Below are positions 36,596 to 47,201 of a stretch of DNA of 64,000 bases, piece by piece. A program made the translations under genes and the position numbers. The stretch comes from Planctomycetia bacterium (lineage in GTDB: Bacteria; Planctomycetota; UBA8108; UBA1146). How positions within the stretch are numbered: position 1 is the first letter of the stretch; every line of letters starts with the position of its first letter. Under the pieces are notes generated by a model that saw only the letters and a program-made list of their open reading frames with translations, did not search any database and had not been told where the DNA came from. Location of the stretch: NCBI GenBank assembly GCA_012269595.1, contig JAAXJX010000027.1, positions 57,814 through 121,813 on the forward strand, in the 5' to 3' direction.

Positions 36596-37840
36596 TTGGA
36601 TCGAAGTATGTCCGCCGAAACCCACTCTGAGGAACCCACCCCGCAGGTTCGCCTCCACTCCCTCGATGGTCTGAGGGCGATGATGATGCTGTTGGGGCTC
36701 GTTCTTCACAGCGCATGCAATTACATGAATACCCCGGTCGATGACGCATGGAGATTCAGGGATTCACAAACCTCTCCCGTTTTCACACTGCTGGTCGGTT
36801 TCATCCACGCCTGGAGAATGCCCATCTTCATGTTTATCGCAGGGTTTTTTGGCGCACTGCTGGTGGAAAAGCGTGGACTCTCCCAATTTTATCGCCATCG
36901 TCTCTCCCGATTGGGATTACCGCTGATTTTGTTTCTGCCGCTCATGCTTCCACTGACCATTTCCGGCTTTCAGTTTGCCAACATCGGCCAGCAGATCGGA
37001 GTGGAAGCCGCCTGGAAGATCATCCAGGAATCGGATTGGGCCAATTTCTATTCTCCTTTCATCACGATTCACCTGTGGTTTCTCTACTATCTGGTGATCT
37101 ACTCTGTTCTCGCCTATCTTCTGAGCCCCCTCTCACAAATGCTTCCGGAGAAGTTCCAACCCTCAACTTTGATTGCCAGGTTGATCGGTATCCCCGGATC
37201 CAGCCTGCTCATGTCGATCCCTCTTGGTTGGGCTCTCGTCGATTCAATTCTCCCGGGCCTGTTGATTCCGGGAGTGGATTTGATCCCTGAAAAAGCCAGC
37301 TTTTTGGCTTACGCATTTCTCTATCTCTGTGGATGGGCACTGTGGAGTCGAAGAGACCTGCTAACCCGTGTTGCAACATGGCCGCGAATCTTCTTCAGCC
37401 TGGGTCTGGCAACAGTTCTCTTCTTCGTCTGGGGATTCATGCTGCAAAATCTTGAAAACCCGGAGATCCTCACTTCTGAAATGTGGAAATTTCTGACTTC
37501 CTGCGTCGCGGGAATGGTGATGTGGCAAGCGATCTGGGGATTCATCGGTCTCTTCGCGAAATTGACATCAAAAGAGATTCCCGGGGTCCGCTATTTCGTC
37601 GATGCCTCCTACTGGATCTATCTGATCCACCTTCCCTTCACCATTTGGATCCCCGGTTATCTGGCCAACAGGGATTGGAGCAGCTTCGCAAAATTTGGAA
37701 TCACTCTCACGGCCACCACTGTGATCGGCCTGATCACCTATGATCTGATCGTCCGCTCAACAGTCATCGGCAAACTCCTGAGCGGTCAAAAGTACCCAAG
37801 AGCTCTCTTGAAGGCGCTACAGAACAAACCGCTGACCTGA
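36596..37840 (+). CDS. acyltransferase family 3 (OpgC/OatA-like) integral membrane protein
   Basis: ...LHSLDGLRAMMMLLGLVLHS... is the acyltransferase_3 signature. About 10 predicted TM helices. Confidence 0.8.
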   Translation: MDRSMSAETHSEEPTPQVRLHSLDGLRAMMMLLGLVLHSACNYMNTPVDDAWRFRDSQTSPVFTLLVGFIHAWRMPIFMFIAGFFGALLVEKRGLSQFYRHRLSRLGLPLILFLPLMLPLTISGFQFANIGQQIGVEAAWKIIQESDWANFYSPFITIHLWFLYYLVIYSVLAYLLSPLSQMLPEKFQPSTLIARLIGIPGSSLLMSIPLGWALVDSILPGLLIPGVDLIPEKASFLAYAFLYLCGWALWSRRDLLTRVATWPRIFFSLGLATVLFFVWGFMLQNLENPEILTSEMWKFLTSCVAGMVMWQAIWGFIGLFAKLTSKEIPGVRYFVDASYWIYLIHLPFTIWIPGYLANRDWSSFAKFGITLTATTVIGLITYDLIVRSTVIGKLLSGQKYPRALLKALQNKPLT

Positions 37841-37960
37841 TCAGCCCGAAACGGATCAATCCTGTAAAATTTGCCTGAATGGCACTCTTACAAAGTGTTG
37901 GGGCTATTCCATTACCCATGAGTGATAAAATCAGGGGATTGAAAACTGGAGTCCCCCCCC

Positions 37961-38941
37961 ATGATCAGCCCCTTGTTTCTCACACTGGTCCTTTGTTTTT
38001 CCCTACCGGACGGAATCACCGATTCGGTTACGGATGGGTCCCTTCCCGGCAAGGAAACACAGAGCAAAGAAACACAAAGCATTGAGTCCACAGCGAACAA
38101 CCTCTCAGCCGATACCGGATACTGGGCGGGTTCGGATATGGAAAAAGCCAAAACAGAAGCCCTCCAGCGTAAGGTCCCGATTCTGCTGCTGATCGTCAGG
38201 GATAATGATCCAGTCTCCTCCTCCTGGTCACGACAACACCTCAACGATTCCGCATTTCTGACTGCGCTTGAAAAACATGGAGTCCCCGCTCTCGCATGTG
38301 TCCCGGGGCCCTCAGGAAAAATCCATTCCAGCCTGGAAGAACAAAGCGACTCTTGTCCACTGGATGGTTGCGGTAACTGCAAAGCGCATCAGGGCAGCAC
38401 TCCACTTCTGGAAAATCTGACCATCCCAAAACTGCTTCCGCGAATTTTCTCCATCGATCCGGCCACCGGTGAGGCACGTGCGATCCCGGAGGACTTGCCC
38501 TTCAGAGGTGCAAAAGCTTTGGACAGCTACCTTGCTGGTCGCACTGAAACCACTCCGCCCACTCGACGGGAATACCGCTTCCTTCTCAAGCACCTCGACA
38601 GGGCTCGGGAATACAGTGGGTATGAAGACTTTGAAAAGGGCTGCCAGGAGTTGGTTGCAGCGAAGCGATATCTGTCACTCTTCGGTCAAGAGATGACGGG
38701 TCTCTGGGATCAAGCCTATGCTCCCTACCGGGGTCGGGGAATTCAGATGATCCGAAAGGCAAAGCACGCACTAAAGACGGACCGATTACTGGGAGCGAGA
38801 TTGTTGACCAGGGTCGCCAAAATGATGGCTGGTTTGCCGGAGGGAGAGCGGGCGAGACACCTTCTCAGTGCACTCCAACCGCGTAAAGAAAAATCGGACC
38901 AAGAAGCAAAACCCGTGCAGGATCAGAACATCCCCAACTGA
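37961..38941 (+). CDS. secreted hypothetical protein, thioredoxin-fold-like N-domain with a Cys cluster (CPLDGCGNC)
   Basis: Signal-peptide-like N-terminus; ...KVPILLLIVRDNDPVSSSW... resembles thioredoxin-like DUF folds. No confident family match. Confidence 0.4.
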   Translation: MISPLFLTLVLCFSLPDGITDSVTDGSLPGKETQSKETQSIESTANNLSADTGYWAGSDMEKAKTEALQRKVPILLLIVRDNDPVSSSWSRQHLNDSAFLTALEKHGVPALACVPGPSGKIHSSLEEQSDSCPLDGCGNCKAHQGSTPLLENLTIPKLLPRIFSIDPATGEARAIPEDLPFRGAKALDSYLAGRTETTPPTRREYRFLLKHLDRAREYSGYEDFEKGCQELVAAKRYLSLFGQEMTGLWDQAYAPYRGRGIQMIRKAKHALKTDRLLGARLLTRVAKMMAGLPEGERARHLLSALQPRKEKSDQEAKPVQDQNIPN

Positions 38942-39309
38942 AGCTTGGCACCCTCAGTCATGCGATCCTTGGTCCATGGCGGATCCCAGACCACACCCAC
39001 GATGCACTCTGCAACCCCATCCACAGCACTGACCTTCTGCTCAACCTCCACCGGCAACGTTCCCGCAACAGGGCATGCCGGGGAAGTCAGGGTCATCTCT
39101 ATATCCACTTTCGCATCTTCTTCGATACGGATGTGATAGATAAGGCCCAGTTCATAGATGTTCACGGGGATCTCGGGGTCATGGCAAGTTTCAATGGCCT
39201 TGACGATCAGATCTTCCAGGCTCCCCTCTTCGCTCGCCTGAAGACCTGCCGGACGGAGATCTTCTTCATTCACAGAATCAGATGTTTGTGGGTCAGGAGT
39301 GTCATTCAT
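38923..39309 (-). CDS. DUF59/MIP18-family Fe-S assembly protein (SufT-like)
   Basis: ...IYELGLIY...TLTSPACPVAG... is the DUF59 signature with a conserved Cys. It sits at the distal end of the suf operon. Confidence 0.7.
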   Translation of the reverse strand: MNDTPDPQTSDSVNEEDLRPAGLQASEEGSLEDLIVKAIETCHDPEIPVNIYELGLIYHIRIEEDAKVDIEMTLTSPACPVAGTLPVEVEQKVSAVDGVAECIVGVVWDPPWTKDRMTEGAKLQLGMF

Positions 39310-39758
39310 TCGGTGGAGGCCTCTCCGTTGTTTTCATCCAGAGCCTGAATCAGTGTATGCCAGGCCAGGGTCGCGCATTTGACGCGGGAAGGATAATCTT
39401 TCACGCCCGTGAAAACTTCCAGCTTCATCAGATCTGAAGGATAGGGATCCTCAACTTCACCGGTCACGGTGGAGTGAAAGCGGTGGAAGATCGCTCTCGC
39501 ATCCTCTTCAGACTTGCCTTTGAGGGTTTCGGTCAGGATCGAAGCACTGGCCGTGCAAATAGCACAGGCGGTCGCTTCAAAGCCGATCTCTGACAATACC
39601 CCGCCCTCACCACGCTTCACTTCCATATCGATTTCATCCCCACAGAGAGGATTGTGTCCACGTGCAGAGAGATCCGGATTATCCAGCTTCTTGTGATTTC
39701 GTGGAGAGCGGGAGTGATCGATGATCATCTCCTGATAAAGTTCCCTCATCGAACTCAT
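39306..39758 (-). CDS. sufU: SUF system Fe-S scaffold/sulfur-transfer protein SufU (IscU/NifU-like)
   Basis: ...NPLCGDEI...; ...CAICTASASI...; three conserved Cys of SufU-type proteins. Confidence 0.8.
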   Translation of the reverse strand: MSSMRELYQEMIIDHSRSPRNHKKLDNPDLSARGHNPLCGDEIDMEVKRGEGGVLSEIGFEATACAICTASASILTETLKGKSEEDARAIFHRFHSTVTGEVEDPYPSDLMKLEVFTGVKDYPSRVKCATLAWHTLIQALDENNGEASTE

Positions 39759-40984
39759 GCGAAGATCTCCCTTACGGCTTCGACCGACTGCAGTAATGCC
39801 TCGACGTCAGCCTCATCGTTGTGCATTCCCACTGAGGCCCGGATCGTTGCGGGTAATCCCAGTCGCTTCATCAAAGGCATTGCACAATGATGGCCAGCCC
39901 TGATTGCCACCCCATTTTGATCCATGATGGTCGCTGCATCATGGGGGTGAACCCCGTCGAGGGTGAAGGAAACACAACACGCCCTGAGTGAGGGCTCTCC
40001 CACCACATTGACTCCATCCATGGACTTCAATGCGGATTCGATCTTCTGCAAAAGTCGGGTCTCGTGGGAACACACCTTGTCTCGACCAATGGAGTCGAGA
40101 AATTCAAGGGCTGCCCCCAATCCGATAACAGCGGCAATATCCGGAGTTCCAGCTTCAAACTTCCACGGAGTCTCGGCGAAACTGCTCTCTTCAAATGAGA
40201 CGGTCCGGATCATGTCCCCCCCACCTTGCCAGGGAGGCATCCGGTCGAGAATTTCCCTCTTCCCCCAAAGAACACCGGCACCCGTGGGGCCGTATGTTTT
40301 GTGGCCGCTGAAGGTCAGGAAATCGCAATCGATGTTCTTGGGACTGATCGACATATGAGGTGCAGACTGGGCAGCATCAAGAATCGTGATGGCCCCGACT
40401 TTGCGAGCCTCCGCAAAGATGGTGTCGATGTCATTGACCGTTCCAATCGCATTGGAAACATGGCCAACTGAGACGACCCGGGTTTTTTCGCTGATCCACT
40501 GATCCAGATCAGAGAGAATCAACTCTCCTGCATCGTCGCAGGGAATCACCTTCAGAACCGTCCCCATTTTTTCGCTGATCAACTGCCAGGGCACAATATT
40601 CGCGTGGTGGTCGAGAGAAGAGATCAGGATTTCGTCACCGGGCTGAAATCCGGAATCCAGATGACACAGTGTATTGGCCAACAGATTCATCGATTCGGTC
40701 ACGCCCCGCGTGAAGATCACTTCACGGCTGTCACTGATACCGAGGAATCCGGCCACGACCTTGCGGACACCCTCAAATCGGGCGGTGGCTCTTTCACTGA
40801 GGGTATGAACCCCCCTGTGGACATTGGCGCAATCCTGACGATAAACAGAGTCTACCGCATCCATCACAGCCACGGGCTTTTGGGTGGTCGCAGCGCTGTC
40901 CAGATAAACGAGACGGTTCCCGTGTACCTGTTGATTCAGACCAGGAAAGTGCTTCTGAATCTCGTGCACATTCAGAGACATGGG
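39755..40984 (-). CDS. sufS: cysteine desulfurase SufS (class V aminotransferase)
   Basis: ...LVYLDSAATTQKP...; PLP-lysine region ...SGHKTYGPTGAGVL...; C-terminal ...HHCAMPL... Start trimmed to MSLNVHEIQ. Confidence 0.9.
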   Translation of the reverse strand, partial: PMSLNVHEIQKHFPGLNQQVHGNRLVYLDSAATTQKPVAVMDAVDSVYRQDCANVHRGVHTLSERATARFEGVRKVVAGFLGISDSREVIFTRGVTESMNLLANTLCHLDSGFQPGDEILISSLDHHANIVPWQLISEKMGTVLKVIPCDDAGELILSDLDQWISEKTRVVSVGHVSNAIGTVNDIDTIFAEARKVGAITILDAAQSAPHMSISPKNIDCDFLTFSGHKTYGPTGAGVLWGKREILDRMPPWQGGGDMIRTVSFEESSFAETPWKFEAGTPDIAAVIGLGAALEFLDSIGRDKVCSHETRLLQKIESALKSMDGVNVVGEPSLRACCVSFTLDGVHPHDAATIMDQNGVAIRAGHHCAMPLMKRLGLPATIRASVGMHNDEADVEALLQSVEAVREIFA

Positions 40985-41012
40985 TTCACCCGCGTTCAAA
41001 CCACTCCCGTCT

Positions 41013-42314
41013 TCAGGATTTCGATTCACCAGCGGCTGGCATCGCTTCCTGTAACTGCTCAATGAACTGCTCCTTCAAGGCCTCATTTTCGAGATCCTCA
41101 AAGACTTCTGCAGTAAAGGCCCTGACAAGCATTCGGCGAGCCTCCTCTAGGCCCACACCACGACTTCTCAGGTAAAAGAGTGATTCATCATCCAGCTCAC
41201 CGACAGTCGCACCATGAGTGCACTTGACATCATCCGCATAGATCTCAAGACGGGGACGGGTGTTCATCTCAGCAGATCGCGACAACAGGATGGCGTCGTT
41301 GGACTGCTCAGCATCCGTTCTCTGGGCATCCTGGTGAACATGGATCATCCCGGTAAATGCACCACGAGACTCCCCACCGAGAACCCCCCTGTAAATCTCT
41401 CTGCTGGTGCAGTCCTCGACCGCATGCTCGATGACCGTATGGTGGTCGACGATTTCATCGCCATTGCTGACATAACCACCCAGTAAATCGACATGCCCTT
41501 CCGGCCCCGAGAGAATCGCATGAATCTCATTCCGGACCAGTCGTGATCCGCTTCCTGCGATCAGATCGCGGAAGACCGCATTGCCCTCCACTTGAACCCG
41601 GGTTCCGTGGTAAAGGACATCGCAACCAGGCCGAACCACCCGTTGACGGGAGAATTCACAACCGGATCCGATCTCCATACCCCAACGGATATTTGCCAAA
41701 GTCGTTCCTCGGGAACGGAACTCTTCAAGGATTTCGATCTTGGCCCCACCGCTGAGTCGAACCAGTCCGGAGACATGGCTGGAGCCGGATGAAGTGGATC
41801 CATCCTGTGCGTGAACAATATGGATTCTGGCGTCTGTCTTTCCTTGCGCCTCGATCACCAGACCGTCACAGAGAAAAACATCGGCAAGATTCTGGAATGG
41901 ATGGTCGTCGCTGGGAATCAGACGGTCGATGGATTCACTGACAAAATCAGGATTCTCGGCCAACATGCCTGCGAGTCCACGAATGGAAACCTCATCCGGC
42001 AATGCGGTCAGATCGGAAAGATCATCCCGGAAGCGACCATTGATCAGCACGATGCGAATATCAGAAGTGGTCGCCAATTCGTCATCTCCGGGCAGCACTC
42101 CGTCCGCCGGAAGCAGGGCAGAGTATTCACCTTGAGCCACCGATTTCAGCGGCGTGTATCTCCACTCTTCATGTTTCCGGGTAGGAAACCCGCTTTGCTG
42201 AAACATCTCACTGGCGGACTGGCGCCGCTGATCCAGAGAGGAATGGGCACCGGCAGAATCAGCAACTTGCTGAGACAGCATTGCATGCCAGGGATCGACG
42301 GTTTCGGTGCTCAC
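41013..42314 (-). CDS. sufD: Fe-S cluster assembly protein SufD
   Basis: SufB/SufD beta-helix family; position between sufC and sufS. Confidence 0.8.
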   Translation of the reverse strand: MSTETVDPWHAMLSQQVADSAGAHSSLDQRRQSASEMFQQSGFPTRKHEEWRYTPLKSVAQGEYSALLPADGVLPGDDELATTSDIRIVLINGRFRDDLSDLTALPDEVSIRGLAGMLAENPDFVSESIDRLIPSDDHPFQNLADVFLCDGLVIEAQGKTDARIHIVHAQDGSTSSGSSHVSGLVRLSGGAKIEILEEFRSRGTTLANIRWGMEIGSGCEFSRQRVVRPGCDVLYHGTRVQVEGNAVFRDLIAGSGSRLVRNEIHAILSGPEGHVDLLGGYVSNGDEIVDHHTVIEHAVEDCTSREIYRGVLGGESRGAFTGMIHVHQDAQRTDAEQSNDAILLSRSAEMNTRPRLEIYADDVKCTHGATVGELDDESLFYLRSRGVGLEEARRMLVRAFTAEVFEDLENEALKEQFIEQLQEAMPAAGESKS

Positions 42315-43087
42315 GAAGCCTCCTGGGTTTTCTCACGGGCGTGTCCGGATTCAAGCCATGAATATCCTTCACGCTCCAGTTCATGAGCCAGAGTCTTGTC
42401 GCCGGAACGGACGATCTGCCCCTCCGAGAGCACATGAACGTGATCAGGAACGATGTAATCGAGAAGTCGCTGATAGTGGGTCACGACGATAAACGCACGG
42501 TCACCTCCACGAAGGGCGTTAACACCTTCTGCGACAATTCTCAGGGCATCGATGTCGAGCCCGGAGTCTGTCTCGTCGAGGATCGCCAGCTTCGGATCGA
42601 GAACCGCCATTTGCAGGATCTCATTACGCTTCTTTTCACCACCGCTGAAGCCATCGTTGACGGAACGCTGCAACAGCTTTTCGTCCATACCCACCAACTT
42701 CATCTTCTCTCGGACGAGTTGAAGGAAGTCGACGGCGTCAACCTCAGACTCTTCACGATAGCGACGTACTGCATTGAGGGCCGAGCGCAGGAAGTAGGCA
42801 TTCGAGATTCCAGGAATCGAGACGGGGTACTGGAATGCGAGGAAAATGCCCTCACATGCACGCTCCTCAGGATCGAGATCGAGGAGGTCGAGTCCACTGT
42901 AGCTCACAGAACCACTGTCCACCGTGTAATCCTCACGACCGGCAAGCACATTGGCAAAAGTACTCTTGCCTGAGCCATTCGGTCCCATGATGGCGTGAAC
43001 CTCACCCGGCTTCACAGAAAGGTTCAGACCTTTCAGAATCGGGCTGCCTTCCACGGACGCATGAAGATTGTTTACATCGAGAATCAT
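42311..43087 (-). CDS. sufC: Fe-S cluster assembly ATPase SufC
   Basis: Walker A GPNGSGKST, ABC signature LSGGEKKRNEILQ, Walker B ILDETDSGLD. Start trimmed to MILDVNNL. Confidence 0.92.
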   Translation of the reverse strand: MILDVNNLHASVEGSPILKGLNLSVKPGEVHAIMGPNGSGKSTFANVLAGREDYTVDSGSVSYSGLDLLDLDPEERACEGIFLAFQYPVSIPGISNAYFLRSALNAVRRYREESEVDAVDFLQLVREKMKLVGMDEKLLQRSVNDGFSGGEKKRNEILQMAVLDPKLAILDETDSGLDIDALRIVAEGVNALRGGDRAFIVVTHYQRLLDYIVPDHVHVLSEGQIVRSGDKTLAHELEREGYSWLESGHAREKTQEAS

Positions 43088-43113
43088 TTTTCCCTCATTT
43101 TCATGGGCAGACA

Positions 43114-44559
43114 TCAACCGACGCTCCCCTCGAGACTCACCGCCAACAACTTCTGGGCTTCCACAGCAAACTCCATCGGCAGCTCGCTGAAGACCTCCTT
43201 GCAGAATCCGTTGACGATCATCGAGACGGCATCCTCTGTCGAAATGCCCCTCTGATTGCAATAAAAGATCTGGTCCTCACCGATCTTTGAGGTGGTGGCT
43301 TCGTGCTCAACCTTGGCACTCGGATTACGCACCTCCACGTAGGGGAAGGTGTGTGCGCCACAGCGGTCACCCAGAAGCATCGAATCACACTGTGAAAAGT
43401 TTCGTGCGTCTTCCGCACCCTTTTTGATGTCGACCAGGCCACGGTAGGTATTTTGCCCTTTACCGGCACTGATACCCTTCGAGATGATCGTCGACTTGGT
43501 GCGCTTGCCGAGGTGGACCATCTTTGTACCGGTATCGGCTTGCTGGAAATTGTTGGTCAGGGCCACCGAGTAAAACTCACCGATGGAATCATCTCCCTGA
43601 AGAATGCAGGAGGGATACTTCCAGGTGATGGCACTGCCCGTCTCCACCTGAGTCCAGGAGATCTTTGAGCGGTCCCCTTTACAGAGACCTCGCTTGGTCA
43701 CGAAGTTGTAGATTCCACCAACGCCGTCGGCGTCGCCGGGATACCAGTTCTGAACAGTCGAGTATTTGATGGTGGCCTCTTCGAGCGCAACGAGCTCGAC
43801 CACCGCCGCGTGAAGCTGGTTTTCATCACGCATGGGAGCCGTACAGCCCTCGAGGTAAGACACCGTCGAGCCTTCGTCGGCAACGATCAGAGTCCGCTCA
43901 AACTGGCCCGTTCCCGCAGCATTGATTCGGAAATAGGTCGACAGCTCCATCGGACATGCGACACCTTTGGGGATGTAGCAGAAAGAACCATCCGAAAAGA
44001 CTGCTGAATTCAGTGCCGAGTAAAAATTGTCGGTGTAGGGAACGACCGATCCCAGATACTTGCGAACCAGCTCGGGATGCTCTTTGACCGCTTCACTGAA
44101 GGAACAGAAGATGATCCCCAGTTCTGCCAACTTGTCACTGAAGGTCGTCGCCACGGAGACACTGTCGAAAACCGCATCCACGGCGACATTGCTGAGGCGC
44201 TTTTGTTCCTCCAGGGAGATCCCCAGCTTTTCGAAGGTCTCCAACAACTCCGGATCGACTTCGTCCAGACTCTCCAACTGCTTTTTCGGTTTGGGAGCAC
44301 TGTAGTAAATCAGGTCCTGATAGTTGACGACATTTTTATTGACCTTCGCCCATGCCGGATCCTCCATCGTCTGCCAATGGCGGAAAGCCTTGAGACGATA
44401 TTCGAGAAGCCAATCCGGCTCGCCCTTTCTGCGGACGATTTCCCGGATCGTGTCTTCATCAAGACCTGGTGGCAAGGAGTCTGATTCGACGTCTGTGACG
44501 AAACCGAATTCGTATTCCTTGTCTGCGAGTTTCTGTAACTCTTCTGCTTCCGACATCAT
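43114..44559 (-). CDS. sufB: Fe-S cluster assembly protein SufB
   Basis: Full-length SufB conservation (…YEFGFVTD…). Start trimmed to MMSEAEEL. Confidence 0.9.
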   Translation of the reverse strand: MMSEAEELQKLADKEYEFGFVTDVESDSLPPGLDEDTIREIVRRKGEPDWLLEYRLKAFRHWQTMEDPAWAKVNKNVVNYQDLIYYSAPKPKKQLESLDEVDPELLETFEKLGISLEEQKRLSNVAVDAVFDSVSVATTFSDKLAELGIIFCSFSEAVKEHPELVRKYLGSVVPYTDNFYSALNSAVFSDGSFCYIPKGVACPMELSTYFRINAAGTGQFERTLIVADEGSTVSYLEGCTAPMRDENQLHAAVVELVALEEATIKYSTVQNWYPGDADGVGGIYNFVTKRGLCKGDRSKISWTQVETGSAITWKYPSCILQGDDSIGEFYSVALTNNFQQADTGTKMVHLGKRTKSTIISKGISAGKGQNTYRGLVDIKKGAEDARNFSQCDSMLLGDRCGAHTFPYVEVRNPSAKVEHEATTSKIGEDQIFYCNQRGISTEDAVSMIVNGFCKEVFSELPMEFAVEAQKLLAVSLEGSVG

Positions 44560-45035
44560 TCCCCTTCTGGGTTTCTGGTGGAATCTGAATCGTTGGTGGC
44601 GGCTGCCAGCACGCCCCCCGGAATCGCCATCTGTTCGAGGGTGATACTTTCCAGGGTCTCCACGATCTTGTCGTTGATGTATTTCCAATTGGCGCTCATG
44701 GGGCACAGCGAGCTGACGTCACACTGCTCCGGTCCTTCACCGGCGCAATCTGTCATCGAAATCGGCCCGTCCAGCGCAGTAATGATTTGCTGAATCGAGA
44801 TCTCGGCGGGAAGTCGTGAAAGTTGATACCCACCCTGAACCCCCCGCCTGGACTGGAGAATTCCTCCACGAACGAGGGCCTTGAGAATCTTGCTGACATT
44901 GGGGAGTGCCAGACCGGAAGCCGTGGCAATTTCCGGCGCAGACAGCAACCGGGGAGGCATCGCCTTGTCATCTTCCCGGACCAGGCAGGTCAGGATCATG
45001 ATCCCATAGTCAGTCTGACGGTTGAGTCTCAGCAT
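44556..45035 (-). CDS. Rrf2-family transcriptional regulator (IscR/SufR-like), first gene of the suf operon
   Basis: [18 protein letters not shown]...: Rrf2 wHTH N-terminus. A Cys cluster (...[15 protein letters not shown]...) is consistent with a [Fe-S]-sensing Rrf2 regulator. Confidence 0.8.
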   Translation of the reverse strand: MLRLNRQTDYGIMILTCLVREDDKAMPPRLLSAPEIATASGLALPNVSKILKALVRGGILQSRRGVQGGYQLSRLPAEISIQQIITALDGPISMTDCAGEGPEQCDVSSLCPMSANWKYINDKIVETLESITLEQMAIPGGVLAAATNDSDSTRNPEGE

Positions 45036-45264
45036 TCAGTCGCCTGTCAGTTCGCTCTGTGTCGTTGCACTCACATCCGGGCCGCCAATTATGGCAAATC
45101 CGCAAATAGAGGCCACTCCTGTCACTTTCAAAAAGGGGACTACTTTGGTCCTGATTTGATTCTCCCACTCCAGCCGTATCGGTCAAGCAATCCCGATGGG
45201 CCTCTTGGGTCCGGTGGTCGAATTGTCTTCCAGACCCTAAACTCACCTCAGACGGGAGATCACA

Positions 45265-46224
45265 TTGTCCAATCCGGAGGCCGAATCTGGGGATACAGGC
45301 ATGGGTGAGGTTCAGCAGCCAACACTGCTGTCAGACCTCCTCCAGCTTGCCAAGCCCCGATTGACGATGCTGGTGGTGTTGACCGCCAGCCTCGGCGTGG
45401 CGACATCCTGGGCATTCCCGGAAACCTGGAGTTCTCGATTCACGGGCACCACCACTGCATGGCTGGAACGATGGACCGTTCTGATCGCCCTGAGCCTGGG
45501 TACTGCTCTCCTCGCCGCCGCTGCAAATTCCCTGAACATGCTCTGGGAACGAAAACAGGATCAGTTGATGCGGCGGACCGCAGTTCGTGCCACTGCAAAG
45601 GGGAGAATCGGAGCCGCAGTCGTTCTTCCCTACGCCACCCTGTTGGCTTCCAGTGGCACTGCGCTCTTGTGGTGGCAGGGCAACCCTCTCACCGCGGCTC
45701 TCGGATTTGTCAGTCTGATCCTCTACGTCCTCGTCTACACCCCCCTGAAAAAACGGACTCCGCTCAATACCATTCTCGGTGCGATACCGGGAGCCTTGCC
45801 TCCCCTGATCGGTTGGTGCGGGGCCGGAGGAAGTCCGTGGCACCCGGTGGGTCTTGCACTCTTCGGAATTCTTTTCATCTGGCAAATTCCGCACTTCCTC
45901 GCCATCGCATGGATGCATCGGGAGGAGTACGAAAAAGCCGGATTCAAAATGCTGCCGAGTGTCGACCCTGAAGGTCACCGGACAGCGAGGATTTCGGTGA
46001 TCTGGTCACTGCTCCTCTGGGGGGTCAGTCTCTCTCCCACGCTGACCGGTCATGCTGGGCTTCTCTATCTTGCGGTAGCCAATCTGGGCGGATTCCTGAT
46101 GACCCTGCGCTCTTACCAACTGGCCCTGCACAGGGACAAACCTGCGGCTCGAAAACTCTTTTTTGCCAGCCTGATTTACCTTCCACCAGTTCTTTCGGCT
46201 CTGGTGATCAGTTCGGGGTCATGA
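45265..46224 (+). CDS. ctaB: protoheme IX farnesyltransferase (heme O synthase)
   Basis: UbiA-family polytopic protein with CtaB/CyoE-like motifs (…LIALSLGTALLAAAANSLNM…RTA…, …GALPPLIGW…). Confidence 0.85.
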   Translation: MSNPEAESGDTGMGEVQQPTLLSDLLQLAKPRLTMLVVLTASLGVATSWAFPETWSSRFTGTTTAWLERWTVLIALSLGTALLAAAANSLNMLWERKQDQLMRRTAVRATAKGRIGAAVVLPYATLLASSGTALLWWQGNPLTAALGFVSLILYVLVYTPLKKRTPLNTILGAIPGALPPLIGWCGAGGSPWHPVGLALFGILFIWQIPHFLAIAWMHREEYEKAGFKMLPSVDPEGHRTARISVIWSLLLWGVSLSPTLTGHAGLLYLAVANLGGFLMTLRSYQLALHRDKPAARKLFFASLIYLPPVLSALVISSGS

Positions 46225-47201
46225 TGAATCCGGAAACTCCTTCTACCGAAAACTCAGGGAATGGTCTCGGACTGCTTCTTGGAGGATTGCTCCTGCTGAT
46301 CCTCGCTGTGGTGGCATGGCGCCTCCCGCATTTGATGCGAGCAATTGAAGAAGTCGACCAGTTGGGACCAGAGGCTTTCAAAACAAACGGTTTCGCACTT
46401 CCTGAAGAGTTTCTCAATGATCCGGACTTTTTGCGCTGGGGCGCACCCGGCCAAATCATTGCTGTCGATCTCCCCGAAACCTGGGGACAGGACAAAGTCG
46501 AAGAACTGTCGAAAAACTTCCGCAAACGCTTTCTCGTCTCTTCCAGTGAAGTGGTCGGAATCACCTTCGGCGATCAATCGCGTGCATATCCACTGCGCCT
46601 GTTGCAATGGCATGAAGTCGTCAATGACGTCGTCGGAGGCAAACCGATTTGCGTGGTTTATCACCCGCTTTCCGAGACGATTGCCGTATTCGAGCGAACC
46701 GTCAACGCCCCCGGTGAAACGCCGCCCCTCTTTGGAAACTCGGGTCTGGTTCTCGATTGTTGTTTATTGATCAATGATCGACTCGGACAGGGAATGAGAA
46801 GTCAGGAAAGCTTGTGGAGCCCCCTCGACGGCAGCGCACTCACTGGCCCGAGAAAGGGTGAAGCACTCAAGTTTCTGCCCTTCACCCTGACCACATGGGA
46901 GGACTGGCTTGAAACCGCTCCCGATACGGATGTCATGGCCATGCTCGAAAGCCACCGAAACTATTACAAGAAAGAACCCTATCTCCCCTACCGCCAGAGA
47001 GACTTGCCCAAGTACCCCTACTCACCCAAAGCCCCTGCAGGGCCAAAAAATCTGGATCGGGTGGTGGTTTCCGGAAGCGGATCAGAAAGACGGGGAGTCC
47101 TGACGGACGATCTTCAGAAGACCTATTCTTCCGAAAGCCCCTTCCTGATCAGCTCGTGGTTCGCAACCCATGCTCGCAAGATTCCTGTCGAAGGTCCCTA
47201 G
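46221..47201 (+). CDS. DUF3179-like membrane-anchored periplasmic protein with a variant signature
   Basis: N-terminal TM (GLGLLLGGLLLLILAVVAW). ...GDQSRAYPLRLLQWHEVVNDVVGGKPICVVYHPLSET... resembles the DUF3179 core, but the usual CPLC pair is HPLS here. ATGA overlap with ctaB. Confidence 0.5.
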   Translation: MMNPETPSTENSGNGLGLLLGGLLLLILAVVAWRLPHLMRAIEEVDQLGPEAFKTNGFALPEEFLNDPDFLRWGAPGQIIAVDLPETWGQDKVEELSKNFRKRFLVSSSEVVGITFGDQSRAYPLRLLQWHEVVNDVVGGKPICVVYHPLSETIAVFERTVNAPGETPPLFGNSGLVLDCCLLINDRLGQGMRSQESLWSPLDGSALTGPRKGEALKFLPFTLTTWEDWLETAPDTDVMAMLESHRNYYKKEPYLPYRQRDLPKYPYSPKAPAGPKNLDRVVVSGSGSERRGVLTDDLQKTYSSESPFLISSWFATHARKIPVEGP

